Shown here one piece after another: positions 49,581 through 59,123 of a stretch of 64,000 nucleotides of DNA. Source of the stretch: Syntrophorhabdaceae bacterium (GTDB lineage Bacteria > Desulfobacterota > Syntrophorhabdia > Syntrophorhabdales > Syntrophorhabdaceae); contig OY762209.1 of assembly GCA_963665295.1 (NCBI GenBank), positions 5,184,001 to 5,248,000 of the forward strand, written 5' to 3'. The notes beneath the pieces are model-generated. The model was not told the DNA's origin, did no database searches, and saw only the letters and a program-made list of their open reading frames with translations. Made by a program: the position numbers and the translations under genes. Numbering within the stretch: position 1 is the first letter of the stretch; each line of letters begins with the position of its first letter.

Positions 49581-49640
49581 CCCTCCCTGAAGCCCGGCTG
49601 GCCGGTATTCCCCGGAGATCCCTCCGGAAAGTGGTCCGGT

Positions 49641-50372
49641 TTACCTTTTGTTCTCTTCCCCTTTTGCGAGGTGCTCCCTGCACCAAGCCTCGTATGAAGC
49701 GGCTATTTTCAGGTATTCCTCCACACTTACCGGGGGAGTGTTGACCTTTGCCAGCACATCCTTATCGATACTATCGGTCCTTGCCAGGGTTTCACCCAGA
49801 GCCTTAAGCAGTGCGAGGTGGCCGTCGAGCCTCCCCGGCTCCGTCTGGAGGGCGATGGAGCCGGGCACACATACCTCGGCTATGGGTTCGGCGCCGAAGT
49901 TCGCTGCCCCGGCCCTGAATCCCGCGATAAGGGGACCGAAGGTCTCAACCTCCGGGAATCCGCATGTGGAAACAAGCATAAACCTCGCGGGCATGCGCCA
50001 GTTGAAGGGGTGGCGTATTCTTCCCGAACGGTCCTTCGTGAGAAACGGCTGGAGGCAGGCTATCGACCTGTCCATCACCGCTTTTGTCTGGGCGCTCATG
50101 CCGTCCACATACACGGGAGTGCCGATGACCAGGATATCCGAGGTCTTCAGATGGGGGTAGATATCCTCCATGTCGTCCTTGGTCGCACACTCTCCGGGCG
50201 TTCTGTGCATACAGGAAAAACACGCCGAACAAGGCGATATCTTCATGCCCCACAGGCTGAACTCCCGGATGGCTGCCCCTCCGGCCCTGAGTCCGTCCGC
50301 GATGCACATAAGGAGCTTTCCTGTGACGCTTTTCTGCTTTCGCGGACTCCCGTTCAAGATCAATACCTTCAC
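49641..50372 (-). CDS. Flavodoxin-family / iron-sulfur flavoprotein (NADPH-dependent FMN reductase-like)
   Basis: ILNGSPRK, CSACFSC...C...DDM, GTPVY. Confidence 0.88.
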   Translation of the reverse strand: MKVLILNGSPRKQKSVTGKLLMCIADGLRAGGAAIREFSLWGMKISPCSACFSCMHRTPGECATKDDMEDIYPHLKTSDILVIGTPVYVDGMSAQTKAVMDRSIACLQPFLTKDRSGRIRHPFNWRMPARFMLVSTCGFPEVETFGPLIAGFRAGAANFGAEPIAEVCVPGSIALQTEPGRLDGHLALLKALGETLARTDSIDKDVLAKVNTPPVSVEEYLKIAASYEAWCREHLAKGEENKR

Positions 50373-50518
50373 ATCATCCTCCTTTTCAAGACCGCGTCAA
50401 TGCGGGGTCTGTCCCTTATCTATAGGACTCCTTCATATTTTATCCCAATCCACGAAGATTTTCTTTCACTAAATATTGTATATTTCAATTGGTGGCAAAT
50501 GACCGTGGGAGGGCAGGA

Positions 50519-53302
50519 ATGAGAGACAGCAGCCGGGCTGACGGGAACGGGGCTTTCGCTTCAGAAGCCTCTTTTCGGGGCAGGGAAGATTGTGGCGTCT
50601 TGTTCGAAAGGGCGGTAGTCGGCATATACCGGACCTCTGTTGAAGGGAATCTTATCACTGCGAATACCCGTTTTGCGGAAATCATGGGTTACTCCTCGCC
50701 GGAGGAGATGCAAAGGGCCGTACCGGACGTAAATGAAGCCCTTTATGTCCACCCGGAAGAGCGAAGAGAGACAATGACCGCGGTATCTCGCGACAACACA
50801 TACAGCCTCGACACCCGGGTGTATACGAGGGACGGAGGGACGAGATGGATCTCCGACGAAGGGAGGGCCGTCCGCGACAAAGACGGCAATATCCAATATT
50901 TTGAAGGTTTTATCCAGGACATATCCGGAAGAAAAGAGGCAGAGGAGAGGCTTCGGGACCGGAACCGGCGCCTTGAGCAGAAGATCGTCGAACAGGAATC
51001 CCATTTGGGGGAACTGGAAACCACATACCGCGGCCTTGTGGACAACGCCCTGGTCGGCGTTTACCGTACAAGATTGAACGGGGAAATACTCTTCCTGAAC
51101 GATACCTTCTTCCGCACCTTCGGCTGGGACTCAAAGGAAGACATAGTGCTCCAGGGTTCGCCGGCCCATTACAAACACCCCGCAGACAGAGAGGTCCTCC
51201 TTCGTATCCTCGAACAGTCAGGTGCGGTAAACGGCTATGAAGTGGAGTTGAAGACAAAATCAGGGGCGCCGGTGAGGGTGCTCCTCAGTGCAACCCTCAA
51301 AGGAGATGTCATATCAGGGATGATACTCGATATCACCGAGCGGAAGATGGCCGAGGAATTGCTCCGGGCAAGAGAGGAACAATACCGGGTTCTTGTTGAA
51401 GCCGCCCCTTTTCCCGTAGTGATAAGCCGCCCCGAAGACGGCGTCGTCCTTTATCTGAACCAGATGGCGTCGGACCTGTTCAAGGTGCCTCCAAAGGACT
51501 GGGTGCGCCTGAAAGCGCGGGATTATTATTATGATCCGGCCGACAGGGATCTTTTTACGCGGCAATTGGCGGAAGACGGCTTCGTAAGGGACCATTATAC
51601 CCATCTCAAAGACGCCCGTGGGGAAGAGTTCTGGGTCCTTCTCTCGGCCAACATGATAGACTTCAACGGAGAACGGGCCGTTTGTTCGGCCTTCAACGAT
51701 GTTTCGGAACTCACCTATGCCCTGGACAGGATGCAGGAGAGCGAGGTCAAATACAGAACCCTTTTCGACAATGCCAACGACGCAATATTCCTTATCGACA
51801 TAGACAAGGACGCGTACATAGACTGCAACCACAAGGCGCTCACCACGTTCCGGTGCTCGAAAGAAGACATCATCGGCCAGACCCCCTATATACTCTCCCC
51901 CCTGTTCCAGCCTGACGGGTGCGGCTCCGTAGAGAAGGGCATCGCCCTCGGAAAGGCCGCCCTCTCCGGCAAACCCCAGTTCTTCGAATGGAGGCATTCC
52001 CGGATGGACGGGTCCCGGTTTGACGCCGAGGTAAGCTTGAGCCATGTGGAGATCGGCAAGGAACGGCTCCTTCAAGGAATAGTGCGCGATGTAAGCGAGC
52101 GCAAGGAAGCCGAACAGAAGTTGAGGTCAAGCGAGGAGAAGTACCGCAGCATCTTCGACAATGCGGTGGAAGGCATCTTCCAGAGCACGCCCGAGGGCAC
52201 GTACATTGCGGCAAACCCTGCCCTCGCAAGAATGTATGGCTATGATTCCCCTCAGGAACTGATGGATACCATTACCGACATAGGGAAGGAGCAATACATG
52301 AACCCCCTGGACCGCTCAAAATTCAAGGCCCTTCTCGAAGCCCGGGGCCGTATCGAGGGGTTCGAGGTGGGGATTTACACCAAACACAGGCAGAAGGTGT
52401 GGGTTTCGATGAGCGCCAGGGCAGCAAAGGACCGGGAAGGGACAACCCTTTTCTACGAGGGCTTTGCGGAGGATATTACAAGACGCAAGGCGATGGAAGG
52501 GGCTTTGCGCGAAAGCGAGGAGCGTTACCGGACATTCATCGATTCCACATCCGACATGGTATTTCTCAAAGATGACCGGTTTCGGAACATCATCATGAAC
52601 AAAAAGCTGCTCAAATTCTCAGGAAAGTCGGAAGACGAGGTCATAGGCAGGACCGATTTCGAATTCATGCCCCCGGAAAGCGCGAAGATCGCGCGACTCA
52701 CGGACGTCAAAGCCATCGAGTCTTCGACTATCGTCATCTCGGAGCAGACTATAGGCGACCGGATTTACGAAACCAGGAAATTCCCGGTAAAACTGGGAGA
52801 GAACGTGAACGGTGTGGGAGGGTTCATACGGGACATTACGGAACAGAAGAGATACCAGAAAGAACTCAAGGTGAAGTCCCTTAACCTTGAAGAGGTCAAT
52901 GCCGCCCTGAGGGTGCTCCTGGAGCAAAGAGAGGATGACAAAAGCGAACTGGAGGAAAGGATCCTCTACAATGTGAAGAAGCTCGCTTTTCCTTATATCC
53001 ATATTCTGAAACAGAGAAGATTGGACGAGGAGCAGCAGATGTACGTGAATATCCTTGAAACAAACCTCAAGAACATCATCTCACCCTTTGTCCAGAAGAT
53101 GATGTACGCCTATTCCAACTTCACACCCACGGAGATCCTCGTGGCAAATTTTATAAGGGACGGCAAAACGATCAAGGAAATAGCCGTCATACTTGGGGTA
53201 TCGGAGAATGCGGTGAACCGCCACAGGCAGCATGTGAGGAATAAGCTGGGCCTGAATAAGAGAAAGACCAATCTTAAAGTATATCTCATGTCTCTAAAAT
53301 AA
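50519..53302 (+). CDS. Multi-PAS LuxR-type HTH transcriptional regulator
   Basis: About 6 PAS domains; C-terminal FTPTEILVA...GKTIKEIAVILGVSENAVNRHRQHVRNKLGL; paralog of 28918-31458. Confidence 0.9.
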   Translation: MRDSSRADGNGAFASEASFRGREDCGVLFERAVVGIYRTSVEGNLITANTRFAEIMGYSSPEEMQRAVPDVNEALYVHPEERRETMTAVSRDNTYSLDTRVYTRDGGTRWISDEGRAVRDKDGNIQYFEGFIQDISGRKEAEERLRDRNRRLEQKIVEQESHLGELETTYRGLVDNALVGVYRTRLNGEILFLNDTFFRTFGWDSKEDIVLQGSPAHYKHPADREVLLRILEQSGAVNGYEVELKTKSGAPVRVLLSATLKGDVISGMILDITERKMAEELLRAREEQYRVLVEAAPFPVVISRPEDGVVLYLNQMASDLFKVPPKDWVRLKARDYYYDPADRDLFTRQLAEDGFVRDHYTHLKDARGEEFWVLLSANMIDFNGERAVCSAFNDVSELTYALDRMQESEVKYRTLFDNANDAIFLIDIDKDAYIDCNHKALTTFRCSKEDIIGQTPYILSPLFQPDGCGSVEKGIALGKAALSGKPQFFEWRHSRMDGSRFDAEVSLSHVEIGKERLLQGIVRDVSERKEAEQKLRSSEEKYRSIFDNAVEGIFQSTPEGTYIAANPALARMYGYDSPQELMDTITDIGKEQYMNPLDRSKFKALLEARGRIEGFEVGIYTKHRQKVWVSMSARAAKDREGTTLFYEGFAEDITRRKAMEGALRESEERYRTFIDSTSDMVFLKDDRFRNIIMNKKLLKFSGKSEDEVIGRTDFEFMPPESAKIARLTDVKAIESSTIVISEQTIGDRIYETRKFPVKLGENVNGVGGFIRDITEQKRYQKELKVKSLNLEEVNAALRVLLEQREDDKSELEERILYNVKKLAFPYIHILKQRRLDEEQQMYVNILETNLKNIISPFVQKMMYAYSNFTPTEILVANFIRDGKTIKEIAVILGVSENAVNRHRQHVRNKLGLNKRKTNLKVYLMSLK

Positions 53303-53312
53303 TTACCCTTCT

Positions 53313-53347
53313 CCTTATAATGGTATCAATTGGGTACCATTATAAGG
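53313..53347. repeat. Perfect 13-bp inverted repeat CCTTATAATGGTA-N9-TACCATTATAAGG
   Basis: Read directly from the sequence; starts 10 nt after the LuxR gene stop; AT-rich, no U-tract. Confidence 0.85.
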
Positions 53348-53659
53348 CTATATTAATATCATTTATTTTTCTGGTCTTTGTGCTATCACTTAATCATCCT
53401 CGGGGGGATGGCAGGGATTGTACCGAGTTGCATTCACGAATGCGTCACGTTACGGCTCACAGGCGGTAAGGACGCACTTTATGGATGCGACTCGGTATTA
53501 CCACAGTTCCTGTAAACCATCGTGCTGTGCATCGGACAAAACCCTAATTTGCACCGGAGTCCTTGACGCCGTCCCCCCGCCAACCTACAGGTATCCGCAT
53601 TTCCCCCTTCCCCGGGCCCTTCCCGTTTGCCGCAGACACTAGTCCCGAAGGTTTTGGTA

Positions 53660-53688
53660 TTGACGCGTCCCGCGGTTCCTGATATAAG
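53660..53688 (+). promoter_or_regulatory. Putative sigma70 promoter TTGACG-N17-TATAAG (extended -10)
   Basis: ATG 53695 lies 6 nt downstream with no SD. Confidence 0.55.
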
Positions 53689-53694
53689 TCTTTG

Positions 53695-55008
53695 ATGTCC
53701 CGGAACCACGAAACGGTCTCCCTTGCGGCACGTCTCGACATGACCTATTTCTCCCTGGTCATGGGATTCGTGGAGGAATCAGCGGGCGCCTTCGGTATGG
53801 AAAAGGCCGATACCTTGAAGCTGAGGCTCGCCTGTGAAGAGGTCTTCAGCTACCTCATGTCATCGGACCAAAAGGGCAAAGTTCTCACTGTCGAGGCGGA
53901 AAACGGTGTGTACTACGTGGAGGCAAGGTTCCTCTTCGACGCCCGCCGTTTCGACCCGCGCGCCTTCGAGTTCAACATAGAGGACCATGCCGATCCCGAA
54001 ACAAGTCTCGCGGGAATGGGCCTCATCATCGCGTCCAGGTTTGCGGACAACCTCTATCTCCTCCACGAATCCGGATCAAAGCCCGGCGTGGCGGTGGTAA
54101 AGGAAAAATCATATCCCGAGCCCGGAAACGTAACGATCGTCCCCGTAAAAACCGTCTCCCGCTTTCACGTGGCTTCCCCCGACGCGGAGACACTGAAACT
54201 TTTCGTCCGTCAGGTCACCGCCTTCTATCCTTCCCGGTCCTATCCCCCGGATTTTCATTTTCCCGGCAAGGTGGTAGACATGGTTGAGGGCGGAACCTAT
54301 CGGGTCCTTGTCGCGTCCGGCGTTGAAGCCGGTACGGCAGGGGGGATAGTGTGGCATATTGCGAGCGCCCGCATGGTGGAGGTCTTCGGCCCTTATCTTT
54401 TCAATCAGCCCCCGGAATACGGCATGTCCGCAGCATTGATGGATCATCTTCTCATGGCCGTGGCAAAATCGAACGCCACAGGCATGATCGCCGTCTACCC
54501 GACGCCGGAACTGCCCGGAGAATACTTTGAATCCTTGGGAACCATGGATTATGCGGGCCCCGATGGGCAGCGTGAACAATGGTCCTTTTATTTCAGGCAG
54601 TTGAAGGAAGACCCGGGGTTGCAAGTGTGGGCCCATGCCGATCTCACGCCATTTCTCACCAGGGAATATGGGCGCCTCTTCTTTGCCAGAGAGGTGCTGA
54701 CCGCCAGGGATGAGGGCGAGGCTCGCCTGCCCCACTCGGTCTTCTCCCTCAATTTCAACCACCATCGAAGTCTTGTCCGGCTCCGCCTCCTGTGGGACGG
54801 CGCCGATGCCGCAACTATACTCCTCAACCACGTAAAAGCACTCGTTGCCGAAGGCTTTGCGAATATCCTCTTCCATCTCGATCTCGGTTACCCCCGACAT
54901 GCCTACCTCACTCCCACGCTTCAGAACCTCGGGTTCGTTCCGCGACTCATACTGCCCTACGCGGGCAAGGCGGATATCGTCGTCTTCCAATATACCCGTG
55001 ACCGATAA
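53695..55008 (+). CDS. Hypothetical fusion: degenerate RsbW-like HATPase domain plus GNAT-like domains
   Basis: KLRLACEEVFSY...FDP...GMGLIIASRFAD; the rest aligns by eye with the 56247-57275 product. Confidence 0.7.
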   Translation: MSRNHETVSLAARLDMTYFSLVMGFVEESAGAFGMEKADTLKLRLACEEVFSYLMSSDQKGKVLTVEAENGVYYVEARFLFDARRFDPRAFEFNIEDHADPETSLAGMGLIIASRFADNLYLLHESGSKPGVAVVKEKSYPEPGNVTIVPVKTVSRFHVASPDAETLKLFVRQVTAFYPSRSYPPDFHFPGKVVDMVEGGTYRVLVASGVEAGTAGGIVWHIASARMVEVFGPYLFNQPPEYGMSAALMDHLLMAVAKSNATGMIAVYPTPELPGEYFESLGTMDYAGPDGQREQWSFYFRQLKEDPGLQVWAHADLTPFLTREYGRLFFAREVLTARDEGEARLPHSVFSLNFNHHRSLVRLRLLWDGADAATILLNHVKALVAEGFANILFHLDLGYPRHAYLTPTLQNLGFVPRLILPYAGKADIVVFQYTRDR

Positions 55009-56134
55009 ACCTTTGTTCCGCCTTTCCCTGGACGACCTCGTCCCTGAGTATGTCAAGGCATTTCAGCCCTACATCCCCGGTAAGCCCGATCAGGAACTCA
55101 TGAAGATGTACGGTTGCGACCGCCTCTACCGGCTCAATAACAACGAGAACCCCCTGGGGCCGCCTCCCGCTGCCCGGGACGCGATAAGGCGGTTTGACAC
55201 GTCGAGAGTAAGCCTCTATCCAAACGGCGATTCGTACTATCTGCGCCAAAGACTTGCGGAGAAATACCGCCTTGACCCGGGCCAATTCCTCTTCGGCAAC
55301 GGGGCGAATGAGGTCATAGCCTTTGTAATCAAAGCCTTTTGCCGGGAAGGCGACAATATCATCACCGCAGACAAGACCTTTGCCGTTTACGAATGGGTGG
55401 CCACCTTCTCCGGTCTGGAATCGAGGCTCGTGCCCCTGAAGGACTTCGCTTTTGACGATGAGGGGATGGTTGCGCGAATCGACGAACGCACCAAACTGAT
55501 CTTCCTCTGCAATCCCAACAACCCCACCGGTTCATACTGGGACGAACCGAAACTTCGTCGTTTTCTCCATACCGTTTCAGGACGCCGGATAGTAGTCCTC
55601 GACGAGGCTTATTACGAATTCGTCGAGAAACCGGACTTCCCCGACGGCATCAAACTCGTGAGCGAATATCCGAATCTTGTGGTTTTCAGGACCTTCTCCA
55701 AAATGTACGGTCTCGCGGCCCTGAGAATCGGCTATCTCGCGGGAAGCCCTGAAGTCGTGGACATCATACGGCGTACGTGCGTCGTCTACTCCGTGAACAC
55801 ACTCGCTCAGGACGCCGCCCTCGCCGCCATCGACGATGACGCCCATATTGCCCTTACCCGCGACCTCGTGAGGAGGGAAAAAACATATTTGCTCGCGGAA
55901 TTGGGCGCCCTCGGGCTCGAGACCCGTTCCGGAGAAGGTTGCTTCGTCATGGCCAGATTCCCCATGAGCGACACCCTCGCATACCGCAAGTACATGTCCC
56001 AGGGAATCATGATCCGCAGCATGACGGGGTTCAGATTCCCCAACTGGATCCGGGTGAGCGTGGGAAGGCACGAGGCCATGGAGGCGTTCATTATTGCGAC
56101 GCGCCGCATCCTCGCGGGAGACGCGACACGGTGA
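54998..56134 (+). CDS. Histidinol-phosphate aminotransferase-like class I/II PLP enzyme
   Basis: YIPGK, NENPLG, GNGANE, CNPNNPTG, DEAY, RTFSKMYGLAALRIGY; GTG start overlaps the upstream stop. Confidence 0.9.
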   Translation: MTDKPLFRLSLDDLVPEYVKAFQPYIPGKPDQELMKMYGCDRLYRLNNNENPLGPPPAARDAIRRFDTSRVSLYPNGDSYYLRQRLAEKYRLDPGQFLFGNGANEVIAFVIKAFCREGDNIITADKTFAVYEWVATFSGLESRLVPLKDFAFDDEGMVARIDERTKLIFLCNPNNPTGSYWDEPKLRRFLHTVSGRRIVVLDEAYYEFVEKPDFPDGIKLVSEYPNLVVFRTFSKMYGLAALRIGYLAGSPEVVDIIRRTCVVYSVNTLAQDAALAAIDDDAHIALTRDLVRREKTYLLAELGALGLETRSGEGCFVMARFPMSDTLAYRKYMSQGIMIRSMTGFRFPNWIRVSVGRHEAMEAFIIATRRILAGDATR

Positions 56135-56246
56135 GCGCCCTGGAGCGAAACGCGGAATCAGGAAGGCTGAAAAACAGTCCGGGACATCTTCCCGGCGGCC
56201 CCCGGACAAGGATCGGCGGTCATATCTTTGCATAGGAGAGATTATC

Positions 56247-57275
56247 ATGAAGGATCATGAACCTCAAATCGAGGCGGAACAGGAATTCGCGGTCCGGGCA
56301 TTCCGGCCCGGGGATGCGCAAGGAGTGGCCGACCTCTTCACAAAAGTATACGGCAACGCGTACCCGGTCAAACTGGTGTACAATCCCGGACAACTGGTGG
56401 ACGCCTTCAATGCCTCGGAGACCATACCTATGGTGGCGTGTACCGGGAAGGGTGAAGTGGTGGGATATGAGGCGTTTTACCGGTCTGCCCCGAACCCCAG
56501 GCTCTACGAACTCGGACAGGGCCTTATCCTCCCATCTTACCGGAACCTCGGGATCGCGGGCAGATTCCATGCATATGCGTACAACGTCATGGCGTCCGAG
56601 ATGGAAATGGACGTCATCTTCGCCGAACCCGTCTGCAACCATGTGTTTATGCAAAAATCGTTGACCCCGTTCCGGAGTATCGTGACTGCCCTGGAGGTCG
56701 ATCTTATGCCTGCCGAAGCATATGCGAAGGAACAGAGCGCATCGGGAAGGGTCTCCGTCCTCAGCATGTTCACCACCTGTCGTTCAAGGCCTCACGTGAT
56801 CTATTTGCCCCCAAGGCACGCCGACGCCCTCACATATATCTATGGGGGTTTCGACGACAGTCGCACCCTGATGCCGGCTCCGGAAAAGGCAACGGCCGAA
56901 CCGCCTTCTTCGATCATCGAGGTGCAGATATTCGACGTCGCCGGGGTGGCCCGCATGGCGGTGCGCGAGGCCGGGGAGGATTTCTCCGCCGCCTTTGCCG
57001 GCGAGGAAGAACGGGCCCTCGGCCGGGGCGTGACCATATTGCAGGTGTGGATCAAGCTCTCGTGGCCCTGGGTCGGGGTAATTGCGGAATATCTCCGGGG
57101 GAGAGGCTACTTTCTGGGAGGGGCTCTGCCCGGATGGTTCGGTGAGGATGGGCTTCTCATGCAAAAAGTCATGGGTACGCCGAACTGGGAAGGAATACGC
57201 CTCTATACGGACCGGGCGCACAAAGTCATGGAACTTGTCCGGACCGACTGGCGATCCCTCCGGGATGAAGGGTGA
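56247..57275 (+). CDS. GNAT-like N-acetyltransferase family protein
   Basis: VRAFRPGDA...ILPSYRNLGIAG (acyl-CoA binding motif A-like); SD AGGAG. Confidence 0.75.
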   Translation: MKDHEPQIEAEQEFAVRAFRPGDAQGVADLFTKVYGNAYPVKLVYNPGQLVDAFNASETIPMVACTGKGEVVGYEAFYRSAPNPRLYELGQGLILPSYRNLGIAGRFHAYAYNVMASEMEMDVIFAEPVCNHVFMQKSLTPFRSIVTALEVDLMPAEAYAKEQSASGRVSVLSMFTTCRSRPHVIYLPPRHADALTYIYGGFDDSRTLMPAPEKATAEPPSSIIEVQIFDVAGVARMAVREAGEDFSAAFAGEEERALGRGVTILQVWIKLSWPWVGVIAEYLRGRGYFLGGALPGWFGEDGLLMQKVMGTPNWEGIRLYTDRAHKVMELVRTDWRSLRDEG

Positions 57276-57310
57276 AAAAAGGGCCGGCACGCAACGCCCG
57301 TGCCGGCCCT
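57275..57310 (-). terminator. Terminator hairpin between convergent genes
   Basis: AGGGCCGGCACG-loop-CGTGCCGGCCCT with a T-run on the minus strand. Confidence 0.75.
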
Positions 57311-57335
57311 GAAAGAACGCCCGAAGGCGCGACCT

Positions 57336-59123
57336 TTACTTAACCGTTTTCAGACGCAGGGTGAGACTGTTCACGGCGCCGGCCTTTACCTTGAATGAGG
57401 CTGTGGCCGTACCGGTCTTCCCGTTATTGACCCGGGTCACCGTAATCTTTGCCTTCCCCGCAGGCAGGCCGGTCAAACGGAATGTTCCCGTGCCGGTGGT
57501 CCCCACCTTTAAAACAGTCTTACCGATCGTGACGGCTACCTCTACCTTCACATCAGCCGCCGGGTCATTGACGGGCTTTCCCTTCTCATCCATCACGCGT
57601 ACATGAAGGGGGTTGATGCCCGTCTCTGCCACCAATAATGTGGCGGAGAATGGAGCCTGGCTTCCGGCCAGATCCAGAAAGACAAACTGCCCCACCGCCA
57701 GCTTGGCCGGAGTAATGGGACGCTTGTTGTCATCCACAAGGGTCGCCGTGGTGATGTCCACCACCACACCGAGGACGGTGACATTGGAGCCCGCCGGATC
57801 AATAGCCTCAAGGGGGGCGGCTATCTTCACCGCAGTATTGAACCCGCCGCGGTTTACCCTGGTCGCGGTGAGCAGGTTCGTCTGAGCACCGGGAACATCG
57901 CTGATGAGTTCCACTTCCGCCATCCTACCCACCACGAGGTTCGCGCAGGTCAGGCCGGGATGGTGGCCACGTCGCTCTTCCGGGCCGAATTTCGCATTAC
58001 TTACGTCGATAGTGAGTCCCAGCACGTTTATGGTCGCAGGTGAGGCGGCGCAGTTGACCGCCTCGAGGGGTCCTCGTATCTTGATCTGTCTGATGTTGAC
58101 CTGCAGTTCATCGGCAACCAGGGGCGCCTGGTTTGAGCTTAGTTCCAGCTTGCCGAACTGGCCCATTTTCAGTTGACTTGCGGTAATGGGGTCTTCTTCA
58201 TCGTTGAGCAGGGTCGCTCCCGCGATATCGACGACAAGACTCAGGACCGTAACGTTGGCGCCCGCCGGGTCGACGGCCTGGAGCGGGGCGGCGATTATGA
58301 CGTCATCTTCCCTGTGCCCCCGCATGTCCACCTCGGTGGCCGCAAATCTGCCCGTCCCGTCGGGTGTATCACCGGTGAGATAGGCTTCGACCACCTGACC
58401 CGCCGCGAGGTTTGCGCAGGTTACGACGCCGCTTTTGTGCCACGTAGGCCCGAAGGTCGCCTTGCTCACGTCGATGGTCAGGCCGAGCAAGTTTATGGTG
58501 GCGGGCACGGCAGCGCAGTCGACCGCGTCGAGGGGCGCCTGTACCTTCACCTGGTTTATCCTGACCTGGAGCTTCGTTGCGACAAGAGGGGCCTGATTCG
58601 AAGCAATGGTCACACCCGCAAACTGACCCACTGCCAACTGGCTCACCGTAACAGGATGTTTCTTGTCATTCAAGAGAGTCGCCGTGGTGATGTCAACGAC
58701 CAGGCCGAGGACGGTGACGTTGGCGCCCGCCGGATCGAGGGCCTGGAGCGGGGCGGCGACCTTTACGCCCGTATTGCCTTTTCCCTGAACGGCTACGGCG
58801 GTCGCGGTGAGCAGGCTGGTTGCCGTATCAGGAATGTCGGTGCTCAATTTTACTTCCACGGTACGGCCCACCGTCAAATCGGCGCACGTCAGGCTCGGGT
58901 GATGCTTGCGGCTCCGATCGATGCCAAGGTCTGCATTGCTTATGTCCATGGGGAGACCAAGCACGCTTATGGTCGCGGGCGCAGCAGCGCAGTTGACCGC
59001 GTCGAGGGGCGCCTGTACGGTCACCTCCGTGCGGTGGTTATCACCGGACGCAAATACGGCGGACGAAAAACCTGCCATCAGAAAGGCAATACCTATGAAA
59101 CAAGTCAGTCTTTTCCAATACAT
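57336..59123 (-). CDS. Exported protein with three ~158-aa tandem repeats (DUF5666-like OB folds) and a C-terminal beta-sandwich
   Basis: Signal peptide; repeated APLxAVxC...VLGLxxD...TCAxL.VG and APLQA.DPAGANVTVL; SD GGAGG. Confidence 0.8.
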   Translation of the reverse strand: MYWKRLTCFIGIAFLMAGFSSAVFASGDNHRTEVTVQAPLDAVNCAAAPATISVLGLPMDISNADLGIDRSRKHHPSLTCADLTVGRTVEVKLSTDIPDTATSLLTATAVAVQGKGNTGVKVAAPLQALDPAGANVTVLGLVVDITTATLLNDKKHPVTVSQLAVGQFAGVTIASNQAPLVATKLQVRINQVKVQAPLDAVDCAAVPATINLLGLTIDVSKATFGPTWHKSGVVTCANLAAGQVVEAYLTGDTPDGTGRFAATEVDMRGHREDDVIIAAPLQAVDPAGANVTVLSLVVDIAGATLLNDEEDPITASQLKMGQFGKLELSSNQAPLVADELQVNIRQIKIRGPLEAVNCAASPATINVLGLTIDVSNAKFGPEERRGHHPGLTCANLVVGRMAEVELISDVPGAQTNLLTATRVNRGGFNTAVKIAAPLEAIDPAGSNVTVLGVVVDITTATLVDDNKRPITPAKLAVGQFVFLDLAGSQAPFSATLLVAETGINPLHVRVMDEKGKPVNDPAADVKVEVAVTIGKTVLKVGTTGTGTFRLTGLPAGKAKITVTRVNNGKTGTATASFKVKAGAVNSLTLRLKTVK

